The notes: generated by a model not told the origin, from the sequence alone. DNA of 64,000 nt from an uncultured delta proteobacterium (GCA_963712115.1 CAVQGX010000021.1:1-64000), one strand, 5' to 3'. Positions 28,133 to 38,991 are shown, numbered from the stretch's first letter. Numbers and translations are program-made.

Positions 28133-28335
28133 AGAAGACTCACGCATCAAGGAAAGACGCTAAAAGCCTCCTCTGGGGGCTGGAGAAAGCCAGGTCCCCC
28201 GAGCCTGGATTCTTTACTTGACCGCAGATGCCTCTCCCCCGTCGGGGGGAGAGGAAATTTTTTTCTGGCATCAAGTTAGATGAATTCTTATCTTTACGAA
28301 TTAAGACGGTTTTATTTATGGGAAGAGAGCTACAT

Positions 28336-28851
28336 ATGAGCTTTGATTTTAGTGCCGACGAAATCCTGGCGATGGCGGAGCAGATAGAACGAAATGGTGC
28401 TCGTTTTTACCGCCGGGCAGCGGGGCTGGTAAAGGACGTTGAGGTGAGCAAATTACTTCAGGAGCTCGCTACCTGGGAAGATGGTCACGAGAAAGCCTTC
28501 GCTTCCATGCGTCACATTTTAAAGGAACGAGAGCGCAAGCCCACCACTTTCGATCCCGAGGATGAGACATCACTTTACTTGCACGCCATGGCGGATGGGC
28601 ATGTCTTTGATGTCAGGGTGGATCCTGTGGACAAGTTAACTGGCAAGGAGTCAGCAAAAGATATATTGAGCCTGGCAATCGGGCAGGAAAAGGACTCCAT
28701 CATCTTTTATCTTGGTATAAGAGATATGGTTTCCGAGGTCATGGGCAAAGATAAAATCGACGAAATCATCAGAGAAGAGATGCGTCATATCGGCTTTTTG
28801 AACAAGCAAATTAATGCTTTAGGCAGTGCCCCCCTTTTGAGAGGAAGTTAA
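28336..28851 (+). CDS. Ferritin-like/rubrerythrin-family protein
   Basis: EQIERNGARFY, WEDGH, EKDSIIFY, EEMRH di-iron motifs. Confidence 0.88.
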   Translation: MSFDFSADEILAMAEQIERNGARFYRRAAGLVKDVEVSKLLQELATWEDGHEKAFASMRHILKERERKPTTFDPEDETSLYLHAMADGHVFDVRVDPVDKLTGKESAKDILSLAIGQEKDSIIFYLGIRDMVSEVMGKDKIDEIIREEMRHIGFLNKQINALGSAPLLRGS

Positions 28852-30534
28852 ATGGAAAAAAGCGAGATTAACCTTTTAATTGGGGGGGAGGCAGGGCAAG
28901 GGCTCGTTACCCTTGGGGAACTCCTTGCAAAGAGTCTGGTCCGAGCTGGCTACTTTATTGTTGTAACCCAGAGCTACCACTCACGCATCCGCGGTGGTCA
29001 CAACACCTACACCATTAGGGCGAGTGCGGAAAAAATATTTGCTCCTCGGGAAGAAGTGGATTTACTAGTTGCTCTCAATGCGGAAACGGTTGCTCTGCAC
29101 AAGAGAGAACTTAGTGCTGGCGGGCTCACTATTGTGGATAAGGGTTTTGAGACAACCAGCGACAACTGTCTTCAGGTACCCTATGTGGAATTGGGGGAGA
29201 AGCAGTTTTCCAATGTGGTAGCCCTCGGGGTAGTGAGTTCCCTTTTAGGGTTAGAATTAGAAATGGTTGGCAGGGCCCTGGATGATGCTTTTGGCAAAAA
29301 AGCACCTGAGCTTGCTGAAAAGAATATGCAAATCTTGGAAGAGTCCTACAGATGGTGCAGCCAGCAAGGGGTGAATTTCTCGAAACTGGCTCCCCCCTCT
29401 GACCTCCGTAAACGACTTTTGATGAATGGCAATGAGGCTATTGCCATGGGAGCCCTGTCCGCAGGAGTCAAATTTTGCTCCTTTTACCCCATGACTCCGG
29501 CCACATCGATTGCCCTCAATCTCGCCGCCCGGGCCAGCAGTATGGGTTTGGTGGTAGAGCAGGCAGAGGATGAGATCGCCGCTATCAACATGGCTATTGG
29601 TGCCTCCTTTGCCGGAGCGCCCAGCATAGTTCCTACCTCGGGTGGAGGTTTTGCCCTCATGACCGAGGGTGTGAGTCTGGCAGGCATGTCGGAAACCCCG
29701 CTGGTGATCGTGGTGGCCCAGCGACCAGGGCCGGCAACAGGTTTGCCCACTAGAACAGAGCAGGCTGACTTAGAGTTTGTCTTGCACTCAGGCCATGGTG
29801 AATTTCCGCGGGCCATCTTCAGCCCCGGGACAGTGGAAGAGTGCTTCTGGCTGACGAGGAAAGCATTTGAAGTGGCGGCGAAGTCGCAAGGACCTGTGTT
29901 TATTCTGACTGATCAGTTTCTTGCTGACTCAGCTAGGCCAATAGAGCCATTCGATCTCGCAAGCATAGCAACTGTTGAAGCTGGCGTTGAAAGAAATTCT
30001 TCTGATTTGCCTTACTTTCGTTACAACATCTATGAAAGCGGCATTTCGCCCCGACTACTGCCTGGTATGAGCAAACATTTGGTTGTGGCGGGCAGTGATG
30101 AGCACCCAGTTGATGGCCACCTCACCGAAGATCTAAGTGTACGTAAATTTATGGTTGAGAAGCGACTGAGAAAGGAGGAGGAGATCATTGCTGAGGTCGT
30201 TCCTCCTGAGATTCAGGGGGACGAAAAGCCTGATCTCCTTCTGGTCACTTGGGGGTCAAGCAAAGGAGCGATCCTAGAGGCTGCCGCGAAGTTGCGCAAC
30301 GATTCCACTCGAGTTGGAACCCTCCATTTTTCTCAGGTCTGGCCCCTTGTTCCCCATCAGTTTCTGGGAGTACTCCAGGATGCCGGAGAAGTGGTGTGCG
30401 TGGAGGGTAATGCATTGGGACAGCTGGCTCGTCTCATCCGCAGAGAGACCGGTTTTGATTTTCATAGGCGGGTGCTTCGCTATGATGGTCTGCCTATCAC
30501 ACCGGAGTATATATTGCGAGCGTTAGGCAACTAA
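28852..30534 (+). CDS. 2-oxoacid:ferredoxin oxidoreductase alpha (gamma-alpha fusion)
   Basis: GGEAGQG, SRIRGGH, YPMTP, QAEDEIAA, QRPGPATGLPT. Confidence 0.93.
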   Translation: MEKSEINLLIGGEAGQGLVTLGELLAKSLVRAGYFIVVTQSYHSRIRGGHNTYTIRASAEKIFAPREEVDLLVALNAETVALHKRELSAGGLTIVDKGFETTSDNCLQVPYVELGEKQFSNVVALGVVSSLLGLELEMVGRALDDAFGKKAPELAEKNMQILEESYRWCSQQGVNFSKLAPPSDLRKRLLMNGNEAIAMGALSAGVKFCSFYPMTPATSIALNLAARASSMGLVVEQAEDEIAAINMAIGASFAGAPSIVPTSGGGFALMTEGVSLAGMSETPLVIVVAQRPGPATGLPTRTEQADLEFVLHSGHGEFPRAIFSPGTVEECFWLTRKAFEVAAKSQGPVFILTDQFLADSARPIEPFDLASIATVEAGVERNSSDLPYFRYNIYESGISPRLLPGMSKHLVVAGSDEHPVDGHLTEDLSVRKFMVEKRLRKEEEIIAEVVPPEIQGDEKPDLLLVTWGSSKGAILEAAAKLRNDSTRVGTLHFSQVWPLVPHQFLGVLQDAGEVVCVEGNALGQLARLIRRETGFDFHRRVLRYDGLPITPEYILRALGN

Positions 30535-30597
30535 TAGGCTTTGCAGGGAAGTTAAATCTTTTTTAGTTTGGCGACTGAGAACTAAAGCGGGAGATCT

Positions 30598-30754
30598 AAA
30601 ATCCGAAATCCTAAGCACGAAATCCCAAACAATATCAAATGCTCCAAGTTCTAATGACCAAAACATTAAACTGATTTCCAAGTATTTTGTTTTGAACATT
30701 GAAAAATTTGAATTTTGGATTTGTTTCGAATTTAGGATTTAGGATTTAGGACTT
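30598..30754. repeat. AAATCCG/T-family heptamer element, copy 2 (between OFOR alpha and beta)
   Basis: AAAATCCGAAATCCTAAGCACGAAATCCCAAAC ... GTTTCGAATTTAGGATTTAGGATTTAGG. Confidence 0.85.
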
Positions 30755-30778
30755 GTTATTACGGTCAAACCTCGAGGG

Positions 30779-31636
30779 ATGAATATGGTGAGCATTGAAG
30801 ATTACGGACAATTTGAAACAGCCTGGTGCCCTGGTTGCGGCAACCACTCCATTTTGGAAGCGGTCAAACGTGGTCTGGTTGATAGTGGGCTGGAGCCTGA
30901 TCAAATCTTGCTTATTTCCGGAATCGGACAGGCCGCCAAAACGGTTCACTATTTAAAGGCCAACGTTTTTAACGGACTCCATGGCCGGGCTTTGCCGGTG
31001 GCTAGCGGGGCCAAGCTTGCCAATCCAAATTTGAAGGTAATAGTTGAAAGTGGCGACGGTTGCAATTATGGGGAGGGTGGCAACCATTTTCTAGCTGCCA
31101 TAAGACGCAATATTGATCTGACCATGATAGTTCACAACAATCAGGTGTATGGTCTGACCAAAGGGCAAGCCAGCCCGACCACTCAAGAAGGGTTCGTCAC
31201 CAAAGCACAACCTGAGGGAGTGGCCTCTGTGCCTTTTAATCCAATTGCGGTTGCGGTGGCCATGCAGGCCAGTTTTGTGGCTCGGGGTTTTTCCGGAATG
31301 ATTGATCACCTAGCTGGCCTCATCAAACAGGCTCTGGCTCACGAAGGGTTTGCCCTTGTTGATGTACTGCAACCCTGCGTTTCATTCAACAAAGTCAACA
31401 CCTTCGCCTGGTACAAGCAGCGTTGTTATGCTTTGCCAGAGGAATACGATCCCACTGACTGGCAAGCTGCAATGCAGAGAGCCATGGAGTGGGGTGATAG
31501 GATCCCCCTAGGAATAATTTATCGAAACCAGAGGCCTACCTTTGAGTCTAGGCTTGCTGTTCTAAAGCAAGGGGTTCTGGTTGGCAGGGAGACGGACCTG
31601 AAGAAGCTAGAGAAGATTATGGATAAATTTAGCTAG
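30779..31636 (+). CDS. 2-oxoacid:ferredoxin oxidoreductase beta
   Basis: WCPGCGN, LHGR, GDG...NNQVYGLTKGQASPT. Confidence 0.93.
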   Translation: MNMVSIEDYGQFETAWCPGCGNHSILEAVKRGLVDSGLEPDQILLISGIGQAAKTVHYLKANVFNGLHGRALPVASGAKLANPNLKVIVESGDGCNYGEGGNHFLAAIRRNIDLTMIVHNNQVYGLTKGQASPTTQEGFVTKAQPEGVASVPFNPIAVAVAMQASFVARGFSGMIDHLAGLIKQALAHEGFALVDVLQPCVSFNKVNTFAWYKQRCYALPEEYDPTDWQAAMQRAMEWGDRIPLGIIYRNQRPTFESRLAVLKQGVLVGRETDLKKLEKIMDKFS

Positions 31637-31888
31637 TCTGGCAGACTCTTAGCCACACCTGCACCACGGATGATAAAGGTGCGACCATAGGGATTATAAG
31701 AGTAGTAGCTTACGAATAGCTCTCACTAGGAGTCTGCGAATAACACTAGAGAAATCCGAAGAACTGTGGAGGTGGAACTACAGGTATTTCGGATTGCGGA
31801 TTTGTGTAAATTGAAGTCGATGATCGTACGATTACACAATCTAAAATCTGCAATCTGAAATTTAAAATCTGAAAATAGGGAGGTTCAG

Positions 31889-33100
31889 ATGAGCAAAGCG
31901 TTCAAGGCAATTAAGGTAACCGATAATGTCTATTGGGTAGGAGCGATCGATTGGGGAATCCGTGATTTCCATGGTTATCTAACTGAACGGGGGACCACAT
32001 ACAACGCCTTTTTGGTAATGGCAGATAAAATCACCTTGATCGACACAGTCAAACCTCCTTTCCAATCGGAGCTCTTGGGTCGAATCAGTTCTGTGGTGGA
32101 TCCAAAGGAAATCGATTATGTGGTCTCCAATCATGCGGAGATGGACCACTCGGGTTCTCTGCTAGGGGTTATTGAGGCGGTGCAACCGGAAAAGGTATTT
32201 GCTTCTTCTATGGGATGCAAGCACCTCCAAGAACACTTTCACTTTGATAGGGAAATTGTGGCGGTCAAGGACGGTGAGAGTCTTAGTCTTGGCAATTTGA
32301 GTCTCACCTTTCTAGAGACTCGAATGCTTCACTGGCCTGACAATATGTTCAGCTACCTGGCTGAAGAGAAGTTGCTCTTTTCCCAGGACGCTTTTGGAAT
32401 GCATTTGGCCACCAGTGAAAGATTTGCAGATGAGATAGATGAATCCCTTCTGGAGTATGAAGGTGCAAAATATTACGCCAATATCTTGCTCCCCATGTCT
32501 GCTCTAGTAACCAAGCTGATAAAAAAGGTTGGTGAACTCAATCTTCCCATAGAAATAATCGCCTGTGACCATGGTCCTATTTGGCGCCGGGATCTCGACA
32601 AGATCATTGGCTGGTATGCCAAATGGGCTGAGCAGAAACCAACGAACAAGGCGGTAGTTGTCTTTGACACCATGTGGTTTAGCACTGCAAAAATGGCGGA
32701 AGCTATTGCCGAGGGCTTGATGGCTGGAGGAGCTCAGCCAAAACTGATGCCGCTCAAGTCAAATCACCGGAGTAATGTGGCAACTGAAATCCTGGATGCC
32801 GGGGCGTTGGTTGTGGGCTCACCCACCCTGAACAACAACATGTATCCAACTGTTGCCGACTTGCTGACCTATCTGAAAGGACTGAAACCAAAGAATCTGG
32901 TGGGTGCTGCCTTTGGTTCTTATGGGTGGAGTGGTGAAGCTGTGGGCCAGGTAAGAGGAATATTGGAAGAGATGAAGATAGACCTGGTTGATGAGGGATT
33001 ACGGGTCAAATTTGTGCCTAATGATGATGCCCTGAAGCAGTGCTACGATCTTGGGCTGAGAGTTGCGGAAAAGACCAAAGTATTGCTTGAAGCGGCATAG
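31889..33100 (+). CDS. fprA: Flavodiiron protein (FprA/ROO)
   Basis: GTTYNAF, NHAEMDHSG, LHWPD, CDHG, GSPTLN, FGSYGWSGEA. Confidence 0.95.
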   Translation: MSKAFKAIKVTDNVYWVGAIDWGIRDFHGYLTERGTTYNAFLVMADKITLIDTVKPPFQSELLGRISSVVDPKEIDYVVSNHAEMDHSGSLLGVIEAVQPEKVFASSMGCKHLQEHFHFDREIVAVKDGESLSLGNLSLTFLETRMLHWPDNMFSYLAEEKLLFSQDAFGMHLATSERFADEIDESLLEYEGAKYYANILLPMSALVTKLIKKVGELNLPIEIIACDHGPIWRRDLDKIIGWYAKWAEQKPTNKAVVVFDTMWFSTAKMAEAIAEGLMAGGAQPKLMPLKSNHRSNVATEILDAGALVVGSPTLNNNMYPTVADLLTYLKGLKPKNLVGAAFGSYGWSGEAVGQVRGILEEMKIDLVDEGLRVKFVPNDDALKQCYDLGLRVAEKTKVLLEAA

Positions 33101-33125
33101 ACAACTGAAAAGGAGGAGTGAAAAA

Positions 33126-33287
33126 ATGCAGAATTCATGGAAGTGTACGAAATGCGGCTACACATTGGAAACGGACGCACCGCCCGAAACCTGTCCATCT
33201 TGCAGTGAAAAATGTGAATTCGTCAATGTTACCTGCTACATACCAGACTGTGGTGATACAGGTAGTGATCCGCGTTTAGGATCCTGA
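33126..33287 (+). CDS. Small rubredoxin-like protein
   Basis: WKCTKCGYT...CPSC...CEFVNVTCYIPDCG; AGGAG RBS. Confidence 0.85.
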   Translation: MQNSWKCTKCGYTLETDAPPETCPSCSEKCEFVNVTCYIPDCGDTGSDPRLGS

Positions 33288-33303
33288 CGCCCCAGGGCGT
33301 CTC

Positions 33304-33499
33304 AAATCCGAATATCGAATATCGAAATACCAAACAAATTCGAAATTCGAATTACCAAATTTTCCAAACCTCTGGAGAATCTAAGATGGTATGTCTATTT
33401 TCGGACAATCGGTTGGGATAAACTAAAGGTTTTGTTTGGAATTTGGAATTTCAGTCATTTGATATTGTTTGGAATTTCGTGCTTAGGATTTCGAATTTT
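33304..33499. repeat. AAATCCG-family heptamer element, copy 3
   Basis: AAATCCGAATATCGAATATCGAAATACCAAAC ... GTTTGGAATTTCGTGCTTAGGATTTCGAATTT. Confidence 0.85.
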
Positions 33500-33572
33500 A
33501 TGAGTTTGTCACATTAGAATTCGCCCAACCCAATGGGTGTTTACCTGAACGAGATAACGAGAGAGACAAACG

Positions 33573-34163
33573 GTGAGCGTGAAAGTCCTTGGAATCTATG
33601 GAAGTCCGCGCAAGGGCGGCAACACTGACTTACTTCTAGATCGGATTTTGGAGGGATCGAGCCAGGCAGGTGCTGAGGTGGAGTCCCTTTATGTTCGGAG
33701 GTTAAAGATCAACGGCTGTCTGGAGTGTGGGAGCTGTGACGAAACAGGAGAATGCGCCGTTCGGGATGACATGGATAAAGTATATCCACTACTTGAGGAG
33801 GCGGACATCATCTTTCTGGCCTCGCCCAACTTCTTTTATAATGTCACTGCCCAAGTCAAACTACTGATTGACCGAAGCCAGGCCATGTGGTCCAAAAGGT
33901 TGCTGGAGAAGAGCCCCGAACAAAGACGGAGATATGATGGCGGCAAAGGCTTCCTGATCTGCGTAGGAGCCACTAAGGGAAAGAATCTATTTGTGGGGGT
34001 CGAGCTCACAGTGAAATACTTCTTCGATGCTCTGGACATGAGTTACGAGGGCGGTCTCCTTATTGACAGGGTTGAGGCAAAAGGGGAGATTCTCAAGCAC
34101 TCAGACGCCATGGATCAAGCCTTTGAACTGGGTAAGAGGGCGGTTGAAAGCATGAAAGTTTAA
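33573..34163 (+). CDS. Iron-sulfur flavoprotein / NADPH-dependent FMN reductase family
   Basis: GSPRKGGNT, CLECGSC-x5-C, DDM, IDR. Confidence 0.9.
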   Translation: MSVKVLGIYGSPRKGGNTDLLLDRILEGSSQAGAEVESLYVRRLKINGCLECGSCDETGECAVRDDMDKVYPLLEEADIIFLASPNFFYNVTAQVKLLIDRSQAMWSKRLLEKSPEQRRRYDGGKGFLICVGATKGKNLFVGVELTVKYFFDALDMSYEGGLLIDRVEAKGEILKHSDAMDQAFELGKRAVESMKV

Positions 34164-34249
34164 ACCTGTTTCTCGAAGAGTTTTACCGTTCATCTTGGAG
34201 CAAGCTTTGCTTGCGATAGGATCCTTCCTGCGTGAGGAGGAAAAAACAT

Positions 34250-34687
34250 ATGGCAAGATTTCTTGTAGTTTATGCTACCAGGACCAAGTCGACCCAGGAG
34301 ATTGCAGAACTGGTTGCCGAGGGAATACGATTCAGTGGCAATGAAGCAGTGGTCGTTGACGTCAAGCAAATCAAGAGTGAGGCTGATTTTGAGGGTTACC
34401 ATGGATACGCTTTCGGATCCCCCACTTACCATGGTGAGATGTTGCAGTCAATGAAGACCATGCTTTTTCTGGCGGAAAAGGCCAAGCTGGAAGGCAAAGT
34501 GGGTGGCGCCTTCGGGGCTCACGGCTGGAGTACTGAAGCCCAGGACCGTATCTACAATACTATGAAAGAAATTTTTAAGATGGACATGACTAAAGGGCCA
34601 CTGCTGTTGAAGTCCGCTTCCCTGGGGGGTGGAGTGCAAATGGCCCATGATTATGGGAAGGAGATGGGCAGTAAATTGAGCCTCTGA
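34250..34687 (+). CDS. Flavodoxin-domain protein
   Basis: YATRTKST, GSPTYHG, AFGAHGWSTEA. Confidence 0.88.
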   Translation: MARFLVVYATRTKSTQEIAELVAEGIRFSGNEAVVVDVKQIKSEADFEGYHGYAFGSPTYHGEMLQSMKTMLFLAEKAKLEGKVGGAFGAHGWSTEAQDRIYNTMKEIFKMDMTKGPLLLKSASLGGGVQMAHDYGKEMGSKLSL

Positions 34688-34875
34688 TCTGTGCCCGCCT
34701 AGAATATAATCAATCGAGATTCCTTGTCCGACGTTCTGCGGTTCTAAGAATTTTCTGCAATGGTTCCCAACCGGAAAAATCACCTCAACATATAGACTAG
34801 CGCACATGTAGTGTTTATCTTTTTCTAATAAGACATTGAAATTAGATAATTTTGATATCCAAGCACCTCAGTGTC

Positions 34876-36957
34876 ATGGAGCATAATCTAGTGGAAAAAA
34901 GACATAGTAGGAACCGTTTGATTAAGGAGAAAAGTCACTATCTCCTTCAACATGCCGAAAATCCGGTGGATTGGTACCCTTGGGGAGAGGAAGCATTCGA
35001 AAAGGCCAGAGAAGAAAATAAGCCCATATTTCTCTCCATCGGCTATTCAACCTGCCATTGGTGTCATGTGATGGCTCACGAGTCCTTCGAAGATGAAGAG
35101 GTGGCAAGTATTCTCAACAAATCTTTCGTTTCCATCAAAGTAGACAGGGAAGAACGGCCGGACGTGGACATGGTCTACATGGCAGCTTGTCAAGCTATTA
35201 CCTTGAAAGGCGGATGGCCTCTTTCAGTTTTCATGACTCCGGAAAGCAAACCATTTTTCGCCGGCACCTACTTTCCCAAGACCGGCAGGATGGGGATGCC
35301 GGGATTTTTGGATCTGGCAAACCAAATTGCCGCTGCCTGGCAAAACAACCGGGGTCCTCTTATCGAGGCCAGTGAGAAGATTACCAGAGGTATCCAGCCG
35401 AGACCGACCAAGGGCTCAATTAGCGAGCTCGATCCAGATACCTTAAAGAAAGGTTACGACCAACTGGCACAAGCCTTCGACCCCAAATGGGGGGGGTTCG
35501 GTTCGGCCCCCAAGTTTCCCACTCCCCACAATCTTACTTTTCTTTTGCGTTGGCACAAAAGAAGTGGGGAGGCGAATGCTCTGCACATGGTGGAAAAGAC
35601 CTTGGATGGTATGAGGGCTGGTGGAATATTCGATCATCTTGGCTATGGGTTTAGCCGCTACTCTGTAGATGAAAGATGGTTGGTCCCTCACTTTGAGAAG
35701 ATGCTCTACGATCAGGCCATGTTGGCCATGGCCTACACTGAGGCTTATCAATCTACCGGTGAGGCCAGGCATGGCAAAGTGGTTGACGAAATTCTAACTT
35801 ACGTCCTCCGCGACATGACTTCACCCGAGGGCGGCTTCTACACCGCAGAAGACGCGGACAGCGAGGGCAAAGAAGGGCTTTTTTACGTCTGGACTCCCGG
35901 GGAAATAAAGGACGAGCTAGGGGAAGATTTGGCTGAGCTTTTTTGCCGCTATTATGATGTAGGTACTCACGGGAACTTTGAGGATGGTCGCAGCATTCTC
36001 CACGCTCGTATACCACTAGATAAGTTCGCAGCGCGGCAGAAGATGGAAGTTGCTGAGCTTGAAAAGGTCCTGGAGGAAGGAAGAGAGAAACTCTTCTTAG
36101 CCAGGGAGAGACGTATCCATCCTCTCAAAGATGACAAGGTGCTAACCTCCTGGAATGGTTTGATGATTGCCGCTATGGCCAAGGCCTATCAGGCCCTGGG
36201 TAATCAGACCTACGTAGATGCAGCACAGCGTGCCGCTGGTTTCATCCTGGAGAATCTGAAGAAGAACCACCGACTGTTCCGGCGTTACCGGGATGGCGAC
36301 GTAGCCTACTCAGGCTACCTGGACGATTATGCAAATTTTGTCTGGGGACTCATTGAACTGTACGAGGCCACTTTTGAAATTGGTTATTTGGAAGAAGCCC
36401 TGGCCCTCAACCATACCATGATCGACCTTTTCTGGGATGAAACACACGACGGTTTTTTTTACAGCGGCACACACAATGAAGTGCTGATTAAACAGAGCAA
36501 GGAGATCTACGACGGGGCAATTCCGTCGAGCAATTCGGTTGCATTATTGAACTTGATCCGTCTTGGCCGAATAACAGGAGACGCAAATCTGGAAAAGAAG
36601 GCAGAACAGTTAGCCGGAGCTTTTGCCAACCGGATCAAGGCATATCCCTCTGCTTACACGCAATTCCTGGCAGCGTTGGATTTTCTCATCGGCCCGAGCA
36701 GGGAGATAGTTATTGTGGAAAGCCGTAACGGCCGGAGTTACAGACCATTGGTTGAGGCCATCCAAAAGCAATTTGTGCCCAATAAGGTCCTGTTGCTGCG
36801 GCCGGCCGATGAGTCAGGAGATCGCATTTCGGCTCTTGCTCCGTTTACTAAAGACCTTCGGGCACTGGGGGATCAGCCGGTGGTTCACATCTGTGAACAC
36901 CACTCTTGCCAAAATAGCCTAACAGGAGTGGAGGAACTTGACGGGGCTATTGCTTGA
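34876..36957 (+). CDS. Thioredoxin-domain plus glycosidase-fold protein (YyaL/DUF255)
   Basis: [32 protein letters not shown]; start uncertain (34852-34891). Confidence 0.92.
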   Translation: MEHNLVEKRHSRNRLIKEKSHYLLQHAENPVDWYPWGEEAFEKAREENKPIFLSIGYSTCHWCHVMAHESFEDEEVASILNKSFVSIKVDREERPDVDMVYMAACQAITLKGGWPLSVFMTPESKPFFAGTYFPKTGRMGMPGFLDLANQIAAAWQNNRGPLIEASEKITRGIQPRPTKGSISELDPDTLKKGYDQLAQAFDPKWGGFGSAPKFPTPHNLTFLLRWHKRSGEANALHMVEKTLDGMRAGGIFDHLGYGFSRYSVDERWLVPHFEKMLYDQAMLAMAYTEAYQSTGEARHGKVVDEILTYVLRDMTSPEGGFYTAEDADSEGKEGLFYVWTPGEIKDELGEDLAELFCRYYDVGTHGNFEDGRSILHARIPLDKFAARQKMEVAELEKVLEEGREKLFLARERRIHPLKDDKVLTSWNGLMIAAMAKAYQALGNQTYVDAAQRAAGFILENLKKNHRLFRRYRDGDVAYSGYLDDYANFVWGLIELYEATFEIGYLEEALALNHTMIDLFWDETHDGFFYSGTHNEVLIKQSKEIYDGAIPSSNSVALLNLIRLGRITGDANLEKKAEQLAGAFANRIKAYPSAYTQFLAALDFLIGPSREIVIVESRNGRSYRPLVEAIQKQFVPNKVLLLRPADESGDRISALAPFTKDLRALGDQPVVHICEHHSCQNSLTGVEELDGAIA

Positions 36958-36991
36958 AATATCCGGGTTAAGAAAAAGGAAGGAGAAAGTT

Positions 36992-37243
36992 ATGCACGAC
37001 AAAAAAGAATTATGTGAGAAAATCAAATCCATTTATCCTGATATCGGTGAATGTGGCATTGAGGTTGATGTGGACTACAACGAAACTAAGAAAGCTTGGG
37101 TCGTTGATTTAAAACATGGGGAGCATCATCTGTCGACCTATATTGAACCGGAAGATGCCGACGCCTGCATGGAAGGGAAAGAGTGCGTATATCTGGGCAC
37201 TCAGGTTGCTCAGCTTGCAGCCAACGTAAAGAGACAAACTTAA
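36992..37243 (+). CDS. Small Cys-containing hypothetical protein
   Basis: AAGGAG RBS; LCEKI..YPDIGECGI...CMEGKECVYLG. Confidence 0.75.
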   Translation: MHDKKELCEKIKSIYPDIGECGIEVDVDYNETKKAWVVDLKHGEHHLSTYIEPEDADACMEGKECVYLGTQVAQLAANVKRQT

Positions 37244-37271
37244 ATTATTGTAGAAACTGCGCAAGAGCAAA

Positions 37272-37303
37272 TAAAAGGGCGGGTCTAAACCCCGCCAATT
37301 TTG
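37272..37303. terminator. Hairpin between convergent genes
   Basis: AAAA-GGGCGGG-TCTAAAC-CCCGCC-AATTTT. Confidence 0.6.
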
Positions 37304-37348
37304 TTTAGTTTTATTCTGCCAGCTCTGAGCTGCCTGCTGCCTGCTATA

Positions 37349-37858
37349 TCACCCTCCCCAGGGCATGCTGGCGTAAACAGCGGAGAGTTTGTCTCGGTAT
37401 TCTTTAAAAAAATTCTGGTGAGCCTTTTCCCAACGGGCGAGCATAGCAAAGGCCTCACTGTCGGATCCTTCTGTTTTGCTTGCCGCATTGGAGTAGAATT
37501 CACTCAGATCTTTTTCAATCAGCCAGGCGGTGTTAAAGACGGTGACGTCCGGAACCATGGAGCCCTCGACGCACTGTTCTAGAAATTCAGACTTGGCCCT
37601 TTCATCGAAGTAATTGGTGGGCTCCAGCACGAATTCTTGCACTGCCACGAGATCCAGGTCCCCACCCTTCTTGAGGTTTTCAATAATATGACTAATAAAG
37701 AGGATGTGTTTCTCCTCTTCTTGAATCAATCTCTTGAAGGCGCTTACCGCAGCCCCGATTCCCATTCTGTCTAGGGAAGTCTTAAAGAAACTCATCCCAG
37801 TTTGTTCCTGATTCAGCGCGTACTCGTAGACCTTGATTAGATTCTCCTTAGTCGACAT
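37349..37858 (-). CDS. Ferritin-like/rubrerythrin-family protein
   Basis: ALNQEQTG, EEEKH, EKDLSEFY, WEKAH; AGGAGG RBS. Confidence 0.87.
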   Translation of the reverse strand: MSTKENLIKVYEYALNQEQTGMSFFKTSLDRMGIGAAVSAFKRLIQEEEKHILFISHIIENLKKGGDLDLVAVQEFVLEPTNYFDERAKSEFLEQCVEGSMVPDVTVFNTAWLIEKDLSEFYSNAASKTEGSDSEAFAMLARWEKAHQNFFKEYRDKLSAVYASMPWGG

Positions 37859-37964
37859 TTAAAATCCTCCTATCTCATTGCCATCACAACGTTATCGCAG
37901 ACGAAGTATAACCCAATCCCAGGGGCATAGCAATGTTGATTTATAAGCGCATAGCGTAGAAGGT

Positions 37965-38080
37965 CAATCGTTTAAGCCGTTCAAATCGTTAAAGTCGTAG
38001 AAATCGTAGAAGCCGCGAAAGTCGTGGAATTCGCACTTTTAATTTCAAAATCCGCAATCAGAAATCCGCAATCAGAAATC
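37965..38080. repeat. Nonamer (AAATCGTNG) and heptamer (AATCCGC/AATCAGA) tandem repeats
   Basis: AATCGTTTAAGCCGTTCAAATCGTTAAAGTCGTAGAAATCGTAG...; AAATCCGCAATCAGAAATCCGCAATCAGAAATC. Confidence 0.7.
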
Positions 38081-38181
38081 CCATATCGTGGGTTGCATAT
38101 GACCATGACCGTGTTTATATGAGCAGATATGCAGTTATGGACCAAGGGCAAATGATTAAAGGGGGCCGCTAAGACCAGAAA

Positions 38182-38868
38182 ATGGAAAAGACCAACAGGA
38201 AATTGAGGGGGCGGAACCTCAAAAGAAAAGTTCTTGATCTGCTCAGGGCTGAGGATATCAGTCAAGGGTTGGAGGAAATTGGTTCACTCCCGGGTCGTCG
38301 AGTGATTAACCCGCTGTTTTCCTTTTTGTGCAGTACTGATCCACAAGTGAAATGGCGAGCTGTAAAGTCCATAGGAGAGGTGGTGAAGAATATTGCAGAA
38401 GAAGATATGGAGTCAGCCAGGGTGATAATGAGGCGAATGATGTGGAATTTGAACGATGAATCGGGAGGCATTGGTTGGGGACTGCCGGAGGCCATGGGAG
38501 AGGTCATGGCTCAGCATCAGGGCTTGGCCGGTGAATATGTAATGATTTTGAAATCCTATATACGAGAAGACGGCAACTTCCTCGAGCACGAACCCTTACA
38601 GCGAGGTGTACTCTGGGGCTTAGGAAGGCTGGCTCAGGAGAGGCCAGAGTTACTCAAAAATGCAATACCCCATGTGCGGCCCTTTCTTTCATCTGCAGAT
38701 GCAGTTCTAAGAGGTCTGGCCGCCTGGACCATGGGATTACTTGGTGGTAGTCAGGGAGATCCCGCTCTGACGGCCTTAGAAAGTGATGAGACTGAGGTTA
38801 CCCTCTACTTGAACGGAACAGAGCGTAGTTATCGGATAAGCGAACTAGCAAGAAAAGCAAGAGGCTAG
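38182..38868 (+). CDS. HEAT-repeat protein (DVU0298-like)
   Basis: RRMMWNLNDESGGIGWGLPEAMGE; repeated helical units. Confidence 0.8.
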   Translation: MEKTNRKLRGRNLKRKVLDLLRAEDISQGLEEIGSLPGRRVINPLFSFLCSTDPQVKWRAVKSIGEVVKNIAEEDMESARVIMRRMMWNLNDESGGIGWGLPEAMGEVMAQHQGLAGEYVMILKSYIREDGNFLEHEPLQRGVLWGLGRLAQERPELLKNAIPHVRPFLSSADAVLRGLAAWTMGLLGGSQGDPALTALESDETEVTLYLNGTERSYRISELARKARG

Positions 38869-38991
38869 ATACTGGTCACTGGATACTAGACACTTGATCA
38901 TAGTTATTGGGACTTGAGAAATGTTTTTGGTATCTATTCAATCCAGAATCTAGAATCCAGAAACCAGCATCTAGAATTAGGAGGTATGAAA

